Below the pieces are notes generated by a model. It made no database searches. It saw only the letters and a list, made by a program, of their open reading frames with translations, and was not told the origin of the DNA. A stretch of DNA of 64,000 nucleotides from a virus (taxonomy: Duplodnaviria > Caudoviricetes): the IMG/VR virus record IMGVR_UViG_3300005841_000939; one strand, given 5' to 3'. Shown one piece after another: positions 47,625-56,978 of the stretch (its first letter is position 1; each line of letters opens with the position of its first letter). Position numbers and translations under genes: made by a program.

Positions 47625-48926
47625 ATGGAATACCAATCAGATTTCATTTTTTTCCCTGCCATTTCAATTGCGACACATACGCAAATCATGAAGGCAGATT
47701 TCAAAGTTAAGGGTAAATCTCCAAGATTTTACTTAAATAGTCTTACAGATGATAAGAAGCTATTTAATCATCCTTATATTTTGACATCAGCAGCGCACAA
47801 CTTCAAGAATATAAATTTCATGAAGGATATTGGTGTTAATGATGTGAATAAAGATGTAAATCTGATTTTTGGTGACTCGGGTGGATTCCAAATCAAGACT
47901 GGAGTAATCAAAGATACACCAGAAATAAAGGATAAACTTTATACATGGATGGAAAACAATGTAACAATGGCACCAATCATTGATCATCCACCTACATATA
48001 ATGGAGATAAAGTATCAGAAAAAGATTTTGATGAATATTTGAATAAAACAAAAGAAAATATTGAATATCTTCAAAAGCGTCCAACAAAAAACAAGATTAA
48101 TTGGTTGAATGTTACCCAGGGCGTTCTTTATGAAGACCGTAAGAAGTGGTACGATGCTGTAAAGGACTATAACTTAGATGGTTGGGCTATGGGATCTTTA
48201 AGAAAAGATGCCAGAGTAATTCTAAATGCATTTGCTGTGTTCTTAGAAGGTGGTGAACTGGAAAAGAAAGATAGATGTAAACACATTCACTTCTTTGGTA
48301 TCACTGCAACCAAATACATGCCATTGATGATTTACATCAAGCATAAAATGCATCAAGCTGGATACAAAATTAACGTATCAATGGATAGTTCCTACGCAAC
48401 ACAAAATGGTGGTTGGGGAAAATTCCTATTCTCGCATAACGATTTTGAAGCCATAAATTCAATTGATAATAAAGAGTCATATTTGAGTTCAGAAAAATCA
48501 AAAGGATTCCTATCTTACCATTTGAGTAACAGACTTATTGGAAAGGTTAATGGTGATGTAAATCTTCCATGCTATTGCCCTGTATGTACTGGTATTAAAC
48601 TAAAAGATATTTTAAATGACAATGCGTTAAAAACTGTTGGTGAGTCGTATTACTATAATGTTGTTCAATCACATAACGTGTTCGTTTTAAAAGAATATGT
48701 GAATAGTCTTCAAAATATTATTTACACAAATTCATATGACCTGTACAGTAGCGCATTTAGAAGTTATGATGTATATTTGTTCAAATTAATTGATAAAATG
48801 TTTGATAATCCAAAACAAGCAAGTTATTTAATTGCAAGTGAAGGTGAAAGACTTTCAGATAGAGAAGAACAAGATAAAGCCCAAGAAAAAGAGGGTGAAG
48901 ATATGAAAAATGAGTTCTTTGAATGA
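47625..48926 (+). CDS. tRNA-guanine transglycosylase / DpdA-like base-exchange enzyme
   Basis: GDSGGFQ (catalytic Asp), IIDHP, NVTQG, GWAMGSL, IHFFGI, SMDSS (second Asp), Zn site CYCPVC...H. Confidence 0.85.
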   Translation: MEYQSDFIFFPAISIATHTQIMKADFKVKGKSPRFYLNSLTDDKKLFNHPYILTSAAHNFKNINFMKDIGVNDVNKDVNLIFGDSGGFQIKTGVIKDTPEIKDKLYTWMENNVTMAPIIDHPPTYNGDKVSEKDFDEYLNKTKENIEYLQKRPTKNKINWLNVTQGVLYEDRKKWYDAVKDYNLDGWAMGSLRKDARVILNAFAVFLEGGELEKKDRCKHIHFFGITATKYMPLMIYIKHKMHQAGYKINVSMDSSYATQNGGWGKFLFSHNDFEAINSIDNKESYLSSEKSKGFLSYHLSNRLIGKVNGDVNLPCYCPVCTGIKLKDILNDNALKTVGESYYYNVVQSHNVFVLKEYVNSLQNIIYTNSYDLYSSAFRSYDVYLFKLIDKMFDNPKQASYLIASEGERLSDREEQDKAQEKEGEDMKNEFFE

Positions 48927-49843
48927 ATATGTTATTACATACTACAGGAAAAAGAGACATTGAAGAAATAGAGTGGTGTCCAACATTAGTTAAACCTGAT
49001 GAAATTATGATAAAAACTTGGGCATGTGGTGTATGTCGTAGCGATGTTGCTGCATATGCTGGATGGGAAAAACCAATGCCTTTTGGTCAACAAGGACATG
49101 AGGGGCTTGGGACTGTTACTGCTATTGGTTCAGATATTTTAAATGTAAAAATTGGTGATTATGTTGCAACATGGTCAGATCCTGCATATTCTGATTTTTA
49201 TAAAGCAAAAGTTGGTGAATATGTAAAAGTTCCAGAATTGAAAAAGGATTATATTCTTCAACCATCAGCATGTGCGATCAATATTGCTAGAAAGTTTTTA
49301 GCACAAGCAAGATATGGATGGCCAATTTTAATTATTGGTTCAGGATTTATGAGCTTGATTATTGGACAATACTTAAAAATACTTGGTAGAGAAGTAGTTG
49401 TGGCAGGGTCATCACATAAGTCTGAATGGGATAAAATAGGTATACCATTAACATCAGTGAATGAACTTGTTGAAAGTGGAAAGAAGTGGAAAGGTATCAT
49501 TGATTTAAGTAGTAAAGCTGAAAATTTTGATTTAATCAGTAAACATCTTGGTGATGTTGAAGCAGTTATTTGTTATGCTGCAACACCATTTACTCCTGTA
49601 ACTACAAATTTCTTTGATTCGTGCTGGAATTGTCATACATTCATCATGCCAAGTCCAAGAAATAAAGATTTCAATGACATGATGAGATTGACCGCAGAAT
49701 TAATTTCTTTAAACAGAATAACAGTTGGCAATTATTGGACGCAAGAATACAATAGATCATCTATGACCGAAGTTAAACAAGCATTTGAAGACGGAGTCAA
49801 TCGTCCAAGTGGTTATTTACGCGGCTACATTCGCTGGAACTAA
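48923..49843 (+). CDS. Zn-dependent medium-chain dehydrogenase (MDR)
   Basis: CGVCRSD and GHEGLG catalytic Zn motifs, IIGSGFM nucleotide-binding loop; lacks the 4-Cys structural Zn lobe. Confidence 0.85.
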   Translation: MNMLLHTTGKRDIEEIEWCPTLVKPDEIMIKTWACGVCRSDVAAYAGWEKPMPFGQQGHEGLGTVTAIGSDILNVKIGDYVATWSDPAYSDFYKAKVGEYVKVPELKKDYILQPSACAINIARKFLAQARYGWPILIIGSGFMSLIIGQYLKILGREVVVAGSSHKSEWDKIGIPLTSVNELVESGKKWKGIIDLSSKAENFDLISKHLGDVEAVICYAATPFTPVTTNFFDSCWNCHTFIMPSPRNKDFNDMMRLTAELISLNRITVGNYWTQEYNRSSMTEVKQAFEDGVNRPSGYLRGYIRWN

Positions 49844-49845
49844 TT

Positions 49846-50913
49846 ATGAACGTTTATATTATGGCCCTTGAGGCAATTGAAAGTCGTTATACCTGGTATT
49901 GGGAAACAGAATTAGAAAAACGTATTAATGAATATATTAAAAACGATATAACTCTTAATGAAAAAAATATAAAAGTAATAACTTTAAAAGGTGATGATGA
50001 AGATAATGAAGTAGTAGCTACCCAAGGTGCATTTCTAAATTTCACAACAACAAATGCATGGAAAAATAGTCAGATGAATAAGCTAATTGGCTTATTTAAG
50101 AGTGGTGAAATAAAACCAAAAGATAAAATAATATTTCCTGATGCATGGCATCCTGGTATAATTCAAGTTAGATACATCAGTGAATTGACTAAAGTACCTG
50201 TATCAATTTATTCACTTTGGCATGCTGGTAGTTATGATTATCAAGATTTTTTAGGTAGAGAAATTCAAGATAAAAGTTGGGTAAGACACGCAGAAGCAGC
50301 ATTCTTTGATGCATCTGATTACAATTTATTTGCTACTAGATTTCATAAATCAATGTTTATGCAAACATTTAAATATAGAGTAAATAAGAATAAAGCGCAT
50401 ATTGTAGGATTTCCATTTCAATATATAAAAGATGTTAAGCAACCTGAAGTAATTAAAGAAAACATTATTCTGTTTCCACATAGAATAAGTTCCGAAAAAC
50501 AACCACAAGTATTTAAAGAATTGGCAAAGCGTATTCCAGAATATCAATTTATAATTTGCCAAGAAAAGAATTTATCTAAAACGCAATATGGTAATTTGCT
50601 TGCTAGATCAAAAATGGTATTCTCTGCGAATCTACAAGAGACACTTGGTATTTCATGCTATGAAGGTGCAGTAAACGGAGCATTACCCTTCGTTCCTGAT
50701 AGATTATCATATAAAGAAATGTATCCAAAATGGTGTCAGTATGAAGGATATTTAACTGGCGGTAGTTTGGAATCACGATATTTAGATATTTTATCATTTA
50801 TGGTGAAGGATATGCTCGCAAATTATGATGAACATGCAAAGAAATTGCCAAGTTTGGTGAAACGTCTAGATCGTTTCTTTACAATGGATAAAATGTTACA
50901 GGTTATATTTTAA
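49846..50913 (+). CDS. GT4-like glycosyltransferase
   Basis: FPDAWHPG, WHAGSYD, FPHRISSEKQPQVF, E-x7-E motif QETLGISCYEG, PFVPDRLSY. Confidence 0.8.
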   Translation: MNVYIMALEAIESRYTWYWETELEKRINEYIKNDITLNEKNIKVITLKGDDEDNEVVATQGAFLNFTTTNAWKNSQMNKLIGLFKSGEIKPKDKIIFPDAWHPGIIQVRYISELTKVPVSIYSLWHAGSYDYQDFLGREIQDKSWVRHAEAAFFDASDYNLFATRFHKSMFMQTFKYRVNKNKAHIVGFPFQYIKDVKQPEVIKENIILFPHRISSEKQPQVFKELAKRIPEYQFIICQEKNLSKTQYGNLLARSKMVFSANLQETLGISCYEGAVNGALPFVPDRLSYKEMYPKWCQYEGYLTGGSLESRYLDILSFMVKDMLANYDEHAKKLPSLVKRLDRFFTMDKMLQVIF

Positions 50914-50917
50914 TAAT

Positions 50918-51094
50918 ATGAAAATAAAATATGATCTTTCTTATAAACATGTAGCTGGTGTTGGACCACTACCTCATATAACATTGGATTTGGATTTTAC
51001 TATAGAAGAAAAACCAATCTTGATGGAAGTGTTAGAAGAAATTAAAACCGCAACAATCATTAAGAGAAAAAATGAAAATAACAGTAAAAACTAG
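50918..51094 (+). CDS. Small hypothetical protein (58 aa)
   Basis: Below the ORF-track cutoff. MKIKYDLSYKHVAGVGPLPH...KNENNSKN* fills the gap in the operon. Confidence 0.5.
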   Translation: MKIKYDLSYKHVAGVGPLPHITLDLDFTIEEKPILMEVLEEIKTATIIKRKNENNSKN

Positions 51095-51425
51095 TTTCCC
51101 AGGTATTCATCGTTGGAAAGATGCTCCCGAACAAGTGGATTTTCTACGAAGTTTCCACAGACATATTTTTAACATTTCTTTTTCTCTTGAAGTGACTCAT
51201 GCTGATAGAGAGCTTGAATTCTTTGTATTAAAATCAGCAGTAGATTCATATATTGATGCTAAGTGGTCAAATTATAAAAATAACCATAATTTGAAATTTT
51301 TTGGAGATGATTCTTGTGAATCTCTTGCGTTAGCTATAAAAACTTTTCTTGAAACTGAATACGGTTCTGGTAGAAAAGTATCTGTAAAAGTTCAAGAAGA
51401 TGATGAAAATTATGGTGAAGTATGA
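51072..51425 (+). CDS. Divergent QueD/PTPS-like T-fold protein
   Basis: GIHRW ... HRHIF (three His, compare QueD AAH...HGH), DRELEF, SCESLA, VKVQEDDEN; lies in an operon with folE. Confidence 0.65.
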   Translation: MKITVKTSFPGIHRWKDAPEQVDFLRSFHRHIFNISFSLEVTHADRELEFFVLKSAVDSYIDAKWSNYKNNHNLKFFGDDSCESLALAIKTFLETEYGSGRKVSVKVQEDDENYGEV

Positions 51426-51880
51426 ATGAAAGTAAATTAATTACAGCCTTTGATATGGATGGCGTTATTGTATCCGATATTAATATGGATTATAATAATC
51501 CCGAGCAACTTGAAAAAATAAAACAAATTCGTATGGTTTGTGAACCAATTTTCAGACCACATGGCACATTTGTTATCATTACCGGTCGTCCAGAAAATGA
51601 GCATGATCAGACTTGGCAATGGCTGGAAATGTATAATGTAAAACCACAAAGAGTTTTCTTTAAACCAGAGCAATACGATTTCTCAAAACAATCAATAATT
51701 GATCATAAGGCAAGAACTATTCGTGAGTTGAATAGAACATTATACTATGGGTATGTCACAAAATTTGTTGAAAGTGATAAAACTCAAGTTGAAGGTATTT
51801 CTAAGCAAGTTGATATTCCTGTAATTCATTTTCCAGTATTTTCAAGCAATGCGTTAGTACATGCAGGATGGTGGTACTAA
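51422..51880 (+). CDS. HAD-superfamily phosphatase
   Basis: Motif I FDMDGV, motif II ITGR, Lys in DHKA, acidic motif FVESD. Confidence 0.8.
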   Translation: MNESKLITAFDMDGVIVSDINMDYNNPEQLEKIKQIRMVCEPIFRPHGTFVIITGRPENEHDQTWQWLEMYNVKPQRVFFKPEQYDFSKQSIIDHKARTIRELNRTLYYGYVTKFVESDKTQVEGISKQVDIPVIHFPVFSSNALVHAGWWY

Positions 51881-52168
51881 ATGCCAAAATATACACCTGA
51901 TGAACTTAATAAATTGCTTTTTAATAAAGTAAATCAAGCTATTAGTTTACATGCAATAGGTGATAATAAAAAGTCCGCAATTACATTAGCAAGTGCTGCC
52001 AGAATTCTTGATCGTTGGGATCGTTTAGTCAAAAATCCACCAGTAAAGAAAGAAAAACATATTGAAGAAAGTGTTGTAGAAAATGATCCAGGACGACGGC
52101 AGAGAGAAGGAACTGATAAAAAAGTTCAAACTGAAACAAGCTCCGAGTCGGAAACGTCAGGATCTTGA
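51881..52168 (+). CDS. Hypothetical protein
   Basis: Starts immediately after the HAD stop; the 3' 86 nt overlap the next ORF. Confidence 0.55.
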   Translation: MPKYTPDELNKLLFNKVNQAISLHAIGDNKKSAITLASAARILDRWDRLVKNPPVKKEKHIEESVVENDPGRRQREGTDKKVQTETSSESETSGS

Positions 52169-52730
52169 CGCTTTTTTGCATTATAAGCGTATCAGTTATG
52201 ATTTTGAATTAAAATCAACAACAGTTGGTGATGTTTCAACTGCAAGTCCAGTGACAATTGATCACATTAAAAAATGGCGTCATATACATTGGTTAATTGG
52301 AATTTATGATGAAACCACTGTTAAATTAAAACATGTTTTATATGCTAGTCCTGATATGATGACCGATTGGTTGAATGCACAAGAAGAAGATATTCAACGC
52401 GGTCTAACAATTTCACATGCGCTAGCTGGAAAAATTGATTACGACCTACTTTTTAAAATATTTGGAGAGAAACCTTTCTATACATTTGAAGAAGCTAAAA
52501 AGGTCTACAAGAAATTGTGGACTAAAAACGAATATATGTTGATGTCAGATATTCCTGGTGGATATTCATCAGAAACTATGTTGAAAATGTTCCAGGATCA
52601 CAACTTATCTTATATGATAAGAGGTAGCTTCTTAAATAATCCCAAGATAACGAAAAAGTATACCGATAAGTTCATTAAAATAGATGGTGATTTTGCTAGA
52701 ACACTGCGTAAAATCATTAGTCCAACGTAA
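52083..52730 (+). CDS. PD-(D/E)xK nuclease resembling a type II restriction endonuclease
   Basis: QDDGRE (N-terminal Glu), DLDA, FELKST catalytic pattern, HIKKW..HWLIGIY. Confidence 0.6.
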   Translation: MIQDDGREKELIKKFKLKQAPSRKRQDLDAFLHYKRISYDFELKSTTVGDVSTASPVTIDHIKKWRHIHWLIGIYDETTVKLKHVLYASPDMMTDWLNAQEEDIQRGLTISHALAGKIDYDLLFKIFGEKPFYTFEEAKKVYKKLWTKNEYMLMSDIPGGYSSETMLKMFQDHNLSYMIRGSFLNNPKITKKYTDKFIKIDGDFARTLRKIISPT

Positions 52731-52744
52731 CAAAGGGAAAATAT

Positions 52745-53173
52745 ATGTCAGAAGAAAAAGAAGATAAACCAAAAAAGATGTTCGTTATTGAGCACATTAT
52801 TTGGGATGATGGCGAGGTTGATTCAACAATGTGTGAATTCCGTAAATCAAATTCTGGTAGAGGAGCTCCTAAAAAATGGAATCTAGGTCCAAAAGATTTT
52901 CATCGCCGCGTGGAAGAGTTATTGGGTGCATCAGATCAGATAAATGAAATCTTGTCACAAAATACAGGACTTGTGGATATTTCATCCGTTAGCGTTAAAC
53001 AAGTTCTTCTTGATGATGTTGAAGAGGAGCCATCAACACCACAACATATAGTGGATGACGAAGAAAATAAACCACAAGAAAAACCAGCCAAAAAAGATAA
53101 AAAGTCAAAAGAAGCTAAGTCAAGTTCAGACGAAGGCTTAGATGACATCAATTTTGGTGAGTTTGACAAGTAA
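52745..53173 (+). CDS. Hypothetical protein with an acidic/Lys-rich tail
   Basis: 142-aa ORF with AAAGGGA SD-like sequence, upstream of the polymerase. Confidence 0.65.
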   Translation: MSEEKEDKPKKMFVIEHIIWDDGEVDSTMCEFRKSNSGRGAPKKWNLGPKDFHRRVEELLGASDQINEILSQNTGLVDISSVSVKQVLLDDVEEEPSTPQHIVDDEENKPQEKPAKKDKKSKEAKSSSDEGLDDINFGEFDK

Positions 53174-53212
53174 TTTTCATATATAATAACACAACAAACA
53201 AACGAGTAGTCA

Positions 53213-55804
53213 ATGACCTTTTCTTCAGTATCCTTTTCACCATTCAGCACAAAAATCCATTGTTGGGAATATGATGCTCAAGGCAATAAAGTTCATATTG
53301 AAGAAAAGGCACCGTTTTACTTCTTCATGAAAAATGATGAAGGTTCTTTTACAAGTATCTTCGGTGATAAACTCAAGAAAATTGAGTTTGAAAATTATGG
53401 TAAAATGAAAGAGACGCGTGAAATGTTTAAAGCTGCCAACAGACAGCTTTTTGAATCAGATGTTGATATTCCAAATAGATTTGTATTGGATAGATATAGC
53501 AATCAAGAAATTAAGAATATACCAAAATATGACGTATTCTTTATTGACATTGAAGTTCACTCGGAAGAAGGTTTCCCTGATCCAGATTTAGCTGAACATC
53601 CTATTACTATTATTACGGTATATTCAACTAAAAAAGAAAAGCTGTATGTTTTCAGTGAAAAAGATTTTGATAGATCATTCTTACCAGAAAATGCTTGGGT
53701 TAAAATATTTGATACAGAAGAGGAACTATTAAAGTCCTTTGTCGCGTTCATTAGAAAACTTCATCCTGACTTTTTAAGTGGTTGGAATAGTAGTGGTTTT
53801 GATATTCCTTATATCATAAATCGTGCTTATAAGATAATTGGTGAAGAAGAGACGCGGAAAATGAGTCCTGTCAAATACATCAAAGAAGTTAAAAAGAAGA
53901 TGCGATTTGGTAAGGAAAAGACAACATACGAAATTGCAGGTATTAACTGCATTGACTATTTAGATTTGTATCGTAAGTATCATCAAGGTGAACAAGAATC
54001 ATTCAAACTTGGTTATATTGCAAAAGTTGAAATTGGTGAAACTAAGTTGGAATTTGAAGGTACTTTGCGCGATTTGTATTTGAAGAATTGGCAGCGATAT
54101 GTTGAATATAACGTACAAGACGTTATGATTTTGGTAAAAATTGACAAGCGTATTAAGTTCATGGATTTGATGATTGGTATTTGCTTGAATTGCCGTGTTC
54201 CATTTGAACAGTTTGATAAAACCACGCGCGTTTTGGATGGAGCATTCATTTCACGCCTAAGTACTGAGAATACCATTCTTCCAGATGTTCCTCCACAAGA
54301 CGGTAACGATCAATATGCAGGTGCTTTCGTTCGTGATCCTGATGTTGGTATGCATGATTGGGTTGTTTCATTTGACGCAACATCTCTCTATCCATCAATT
54401 ATGATTCAACATAACATTTCACCTGAAACAAAGGTAATGGTTGTACATGATCAATTTGTTCCAGATATTTTTGACGCATTAGAAGGTAAACCTGTTGATG
54501 AAGGTACATTGAATCTTTTCTGTTTTGAAAACATGAAGATGAAAGATGTTATTGCCAAAATTAAAGAAAATGAATGGACTATTGCGGCTAATGGCGCAAT
54601 TTATCGTCATGATAAAAAAGGTGTTGTCGCATCATTCGTTAAAGATTGGTTTGATAAGCGTAAATATCACAAAAAGCTCATGCAAGTAGCTCAAACTGAA
54701 GAAAACGAAGATGAAGAACAATTGCAAAAAGGTCTTCAACAAAACTATAAGATCCTGATTAACTCAGTTTATGGATATGTTGGTAGTAAGTACAGTCGCT
54801 TATATGATCGTGATAATGCATTAGCGGTAACAATTACTGGTCAAGAAGTATTGAAGTCTGGTATGGCTGCTATTGATTTGTATTTCAAAGAGCGTTGGCC
54901 AACTACAGAGACTGGTAAGAAATTAAATGCGCAGTCAATTCCATCAACTTTGATATATGGTGACACTGACTCATTGTATTTGAATATCGGAAAGGTATTG
55001 AAGTCAATCAACTATAATTGGGAAGATGCTGCAAAGACTAAAGAATTTGTAGAAAAGAAAATAGAACCTTTGCTATTCAAGATCATCAACAATGCGATGG
55101 AAATCTTGACCATGAAACGCATGAATACCAAAGATTGCAAGATTTCATTCAAACGTGAAATGATAGCACGTAGAGCAGTATTCTTGAGCAAAAAACACTA
55201 TGCTGCTTGGATCATGAAATTGGAAGAAGAAGAAGTTAAGCCAGGTTCAAAGCATGAAATTGAAGCTAAGGGCCTTGAAATGGTTAAGTCTTCAACTCCT
55301 GAAATTATTAGAGATTTCATGAGAAATTATATTCTCCACTTTCTAAAAACTGCTGATTTAAAAGAATCAAACAATACGATTAGCGCAATTTATGATAAAT
55401 TTAAAGCAAGTGAATTCGCCAAGATTGCAAAAATCACAAACGTCAATAACATTGATGAATATACTGGATCAGATGGTAATCCAATTAAAGGTACACCAGG
55501 ACACGTAAAAGCAACTATACATTACAATAACCTTTTAATAAGAAATGGTTGTGCAAATGACTACCAAAAGATTTTTGAAGGTGATAAAGTTAAATTGGTG
55601 TACTTAAAAAATAGTAATCCATATGGTATTGATGCTATTACATTTAAGGACGTTATTCCAACAGAGTTTGGCTTGGATGGGTACGTAGATTATGATATAA
55701 TGTGGGAGAAAGTATTCATTGAACCAATCCGTCAATTCTATGATGTAATGCGTTGGGAAATGCCAGCTTTCGATAAAGAAAACATAGACGATTTATTTTG
55801 TTAA
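53213..55804 (+). CDS. gp43: Family B DNA polymerase
   Basis: Exo I DIEV, GWNSSGFDIPY, YNVQDV, DATSLYPS, KILINSVYG, YGDTDS, KGLEMVKSSTP. Confidence 0.98.
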   Translation: MTFSSVSFSPFSTKIHCWEYDAQGNKVHIEEKAPFYFFMKNDEGSFTSIFGDKLKKIEFENYGKMKETREMFKAANRQLFESDVDIPNRFVLDRYSNQEIKNIPKYDVFFIDIEVHSEEGFPDPDLAEHPITIITVYSTKKEKLYVFSEKDFDRSFLPENAWVKIFDTEEELLKSFVAFIRKLHPDFLSGWNSSGFDIPYIINRAYKIIGEEETRKMSPVKYIKEVKKKMRFGKEKTTYEIAGINCIDYLDLYRKYHQGEQESFKLGYIAKVEIGETKLEFEGTLRDLYLKNWQRYVEYNVQDVMILVKIDKRIKFMDLMIGICLNCRVPFEQFDKTTRVLDGAFISRLSTENTILPDVPPQDGNDQYAGAFVRDPDVGMHDWVVSFDATSLYPSIMIQHNISPETKVMVVHDQFVPDIFDALEGKPVDEGTLNLFCFENMKMKDVIAKIKENEWTIAANGAIYRHDKKGVVASFVKDWFDKRKYHKKLMQVAQTEENEDEEQLQKGLQQNYKILINSVYGYVGSKYSRLYDRDNALAVTITGQEVLKSGMAAIDLYFKERWPTTETGKKLNAQSIPSTLIYGDTDSLYLNIGKVLKSINYNWEDAAKTKEFVEKKIEPLLFKIINNAMEILTMKRMNTKDCKISFKREMIARRAVFLSKKHYAAWIMKLEEEEVKPGSKHEIEAKGLEMVKSSTPEIIRDFMRNYILHFLKTADLKESNNTISAIYDKFKASEFAKIAKITNVNNIDEYTGSDGNPIKGTPGHVKATIHYNNLLIRNGCANDYQKIFEGDKVKLVYLKNSNPYGIDAITFKDVIPTEFGLDGYVDYDIMWEKVFIEPIRQFYDVMRWEMPAFDKENIDDLFC

Positions 55805-55816
55805 AGGAAAAATAAC

Positions 55817-56965
55817 ATGGCTAGAACTAAAAAACAAGTAGACGAACCTCAAGAAGTTGTTGATGTCGTCAAAACAGTAAATAAAGCAAAAGACTTTCTC
55901 AAGAAATATAACAAGAGCGCATATGCCTCAGTTCTAAGTGAAAGTAGAATCAGTAATGTAACTGATTGGATTTCATCGGGATCATTTTCATTGAATCGTG
56001 TTCTCAGTGGTTCATATATTAAGGGATTTGCAAACAATCGCCTATATATCATTGCTGGACCATCAAGTACAGGTAAATCACTTCTTTGCGCAAGAGCTTG
56101 TAAAGAAGCCCAATCAAAGGGATACACCATCTTTTACTTTGACTCAGAAAATGCAATTGATAATGAATTTATGCAACGTTTCGGTGTAGATACTGATGCA
56201 TTGATCTATATTCCAGTTAAGACAATTTCAGAATTCAGAAATACCGCAGTTCAAATGATGAAGGACTGGCGTACAGATGAAGCAACAAAAGATTCTCCTG
56301 CATTATTCTTCTGTGACTCTTTGGGTGGCATGATGGGTACTAAGGAAGCAAATGACGTTGTAGAAGATAAACACGCATCTGATATGGGACAACGTGCTAA
56401 AGAATTGCGTGCATGTGCCCGCGTTCTCACAATTGAATGTGCTCACCACATGATTCCAATGATTTGTACAAATCACACATACGAACAAGCAGCAGCAAAT
56501 CCACAAGCAGCACCAACAACAGTCATGTCAGGTGGTCAAGGATTCTTCTACGCTGGTTCAGCAATCATTTACTTGAAGAAGCGTCAAGTTAAAGAAGATG
56601 GAAAAAATGCTCTCGGTGATACTGTTAAGACAAAGACAGGTAATATCATCATTGCAACTGCTGAAAAGAATCGTTTCGTTCCAGAAGGTACGAAAGGTGA
56701 AATCTATTGTGACTTTGAACGTGGCATTCAAAAATGGTATGGCCTTCTTGAAGATGCTGTAAAACATGGATTCATTGAAAAGCGTTCAACACGTCTTTAT
56801 GTCAAGCATTTAGACAAGAGTTTCTTTGAATCACAAATTTTCACCAAAGAAGTATTTGAACCAATTTTTGATGAACTCAATAAAAAGGTTGAAGAAGATT
56901 TGAGATTCAGTATCACAGTTGATGATACTGAAGAAGCACCAGAAGTTGACGAAACACCAGCTTGA
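55817..56965 (+). CDS. uvsX: RecA-like recombinase
   Basis: GPSSTGKS, FDSENA, DSLGG, DMGQRAK, TNHTY, MSGG, KNRF. Confidence 0.95.
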   Translation: MARTKKQVDEPQEVVDVVKTVNKAKDFLKKYNKSAYASVLSESRISNVTDWISSGSFSLNRVLSGSYIKGFANNRLYIIAGPSSTGKSLLCARACKEAQSKGYTIFYFDSENAIDNEFMQRFGVDTDALIYIPVKTISEFRNTAVQMMKDWRTDEATKDSPALFFCDSLGGMMGTKEANDVVEDKHASDMGQRAKELRACARVLTIECAHHMIPMICTNHTYEQAAANPQAAPTTVMSGGQGFFYAGSAIIYLKKRQVKEDGKNALGDTVKTKTGNIIIATAEKNRFVPEGTKGEIYCDFERGIQKWYGLLEDAVKHGFIEKRSTRLYVKHLDKSFFESQIFTKEVFEPIFDELNKKVEEDLRFSITVDDTEEAPEVDETPA

Positions 56966-56978
56966 TTGCTGGTGTTTC
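56951..56978 (+). terminator. Perfect 11-bp hairpin over the uvsX stop codon
   Basis: GAAACACCAGC-TTGATT-GCTGGTGTTTC; no strong U-tract follows. Confidence 0.45.

Noticed and set aside
44483-50913. T4-style glucosyl-hydroxymethylcytosine system as the explanation for the GTs
   Set aside because: No dCMP hydroxymethylase, dCTPase or TET/JBP gene is in the window. It cannot be excluded for the rest of the genome.
53163-53187. TTGACA...TATAAT upstream of the DNA polymerase
   Set aside because: The spacer is only 13 nt, too short for a sigma70 promoter, so it was not listed as a feature.
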